From positions 248,001-312,000 of the forward strand of contig NW_026778908.1 in assembly GCF_030144855.1 (NCBI RefSeq): 64,000 nt of DNA. Direction: 5' to 3'. Each line of letters begins with the position of its first letter. Positions within the stretch are counted from its first letter, which is position 1. The position numbers and the translations under genes were made by a program. The notes beneath the pieces were generated by a model that was not told the DNA's origin, made no database searches, and saw only the letters and a list, made by a program, of their open reading frames with translations. This DNA comes from Hypanus sabinus (lineage: Eukaryota). Of the stretch, positions 63,689 through 64,000 are shown piece after piece.

Positions 63689-64000
63689 CTGAGGAGAGAA
63701 TGAACAATGTTTGGTAATGATGGCTTGTGAGTACATCGGACTTGATATCCACCCCCTGCACTGTGGACATAGTGCATACTGAGTGTGGGAGACACAAGGA
63801 AACCCACAAGTCCTCCTCACGGATGGAGGGGACCTGTTAGTCATTTGCAGGGGGCTTTGGAATCAGGTTCACTCTCTGTTGGCTCATTCACCTCAGTACC
63901 AATGACATTAGTCTAGCACTGTCAGGAAGAATTAATGAAGGGGTGTCGTCTAACACAGCAGGAGGAAATGGAGTGGCCAAAACTGGTCTGCTCTCCTCTA

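Noticed and set aside
63689-63809. ORF N-terminal extension MWVSLCLPHSVC as a signal peptide
   Set aside because: The start is TTG, there is no hydrophobic core, and a strong acceptor sits at 63689-63690.

Overview
Repeat-dense vertebrate DNA, most likely a cartilaginous fish (shark or ray); this is inferred from the V-SINE/HE1-like SINE and the CR1, Penelope and Rex families. There is one assembly gap (12813-13087). The one well-supported host gene is a minus-strand Siglec / myelin-associated-glycoprotein (MAG)-like receptor. I assembled it by hand from 8 GT-AG exons with mutually compatible phases (63688 down to 31047): a V-set domain with the sialic-acid-binding Arg, four C2-type Ig domains, a transmembrane (TM) exon and two cytoplasmic exons ending in an ITIM. 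No leader exon was identified. Ig domains 3 and 4 are near-identical (7 differences in 282 nt, 5 of them non-synonymous) and lie in a duplicated intron segment whose two copies took different insertions. The rest is LINEs (CR1, L1-Tx1, Rex1/Babar, Penelope), DNA transposons (hAT, Tc1, Harbinger), a ~52-bp satellite, a 5.4-kb polypyrimidine tract containing a perfect 36-bp G4-motif array, a TG-rich tract and a 33-bp minisatellite. The most notable oddities are a palindromic Penelope-derived ~400-bp insertion with hammerhead-ribozyme motifs on both strands, a CR1 insertion that captured an inverted copy of its own flank, and a possible decayed plus-strand Lys-containing TM exon. All coordinates and counts were read by eye; family names come from motif recognition, not database searches.
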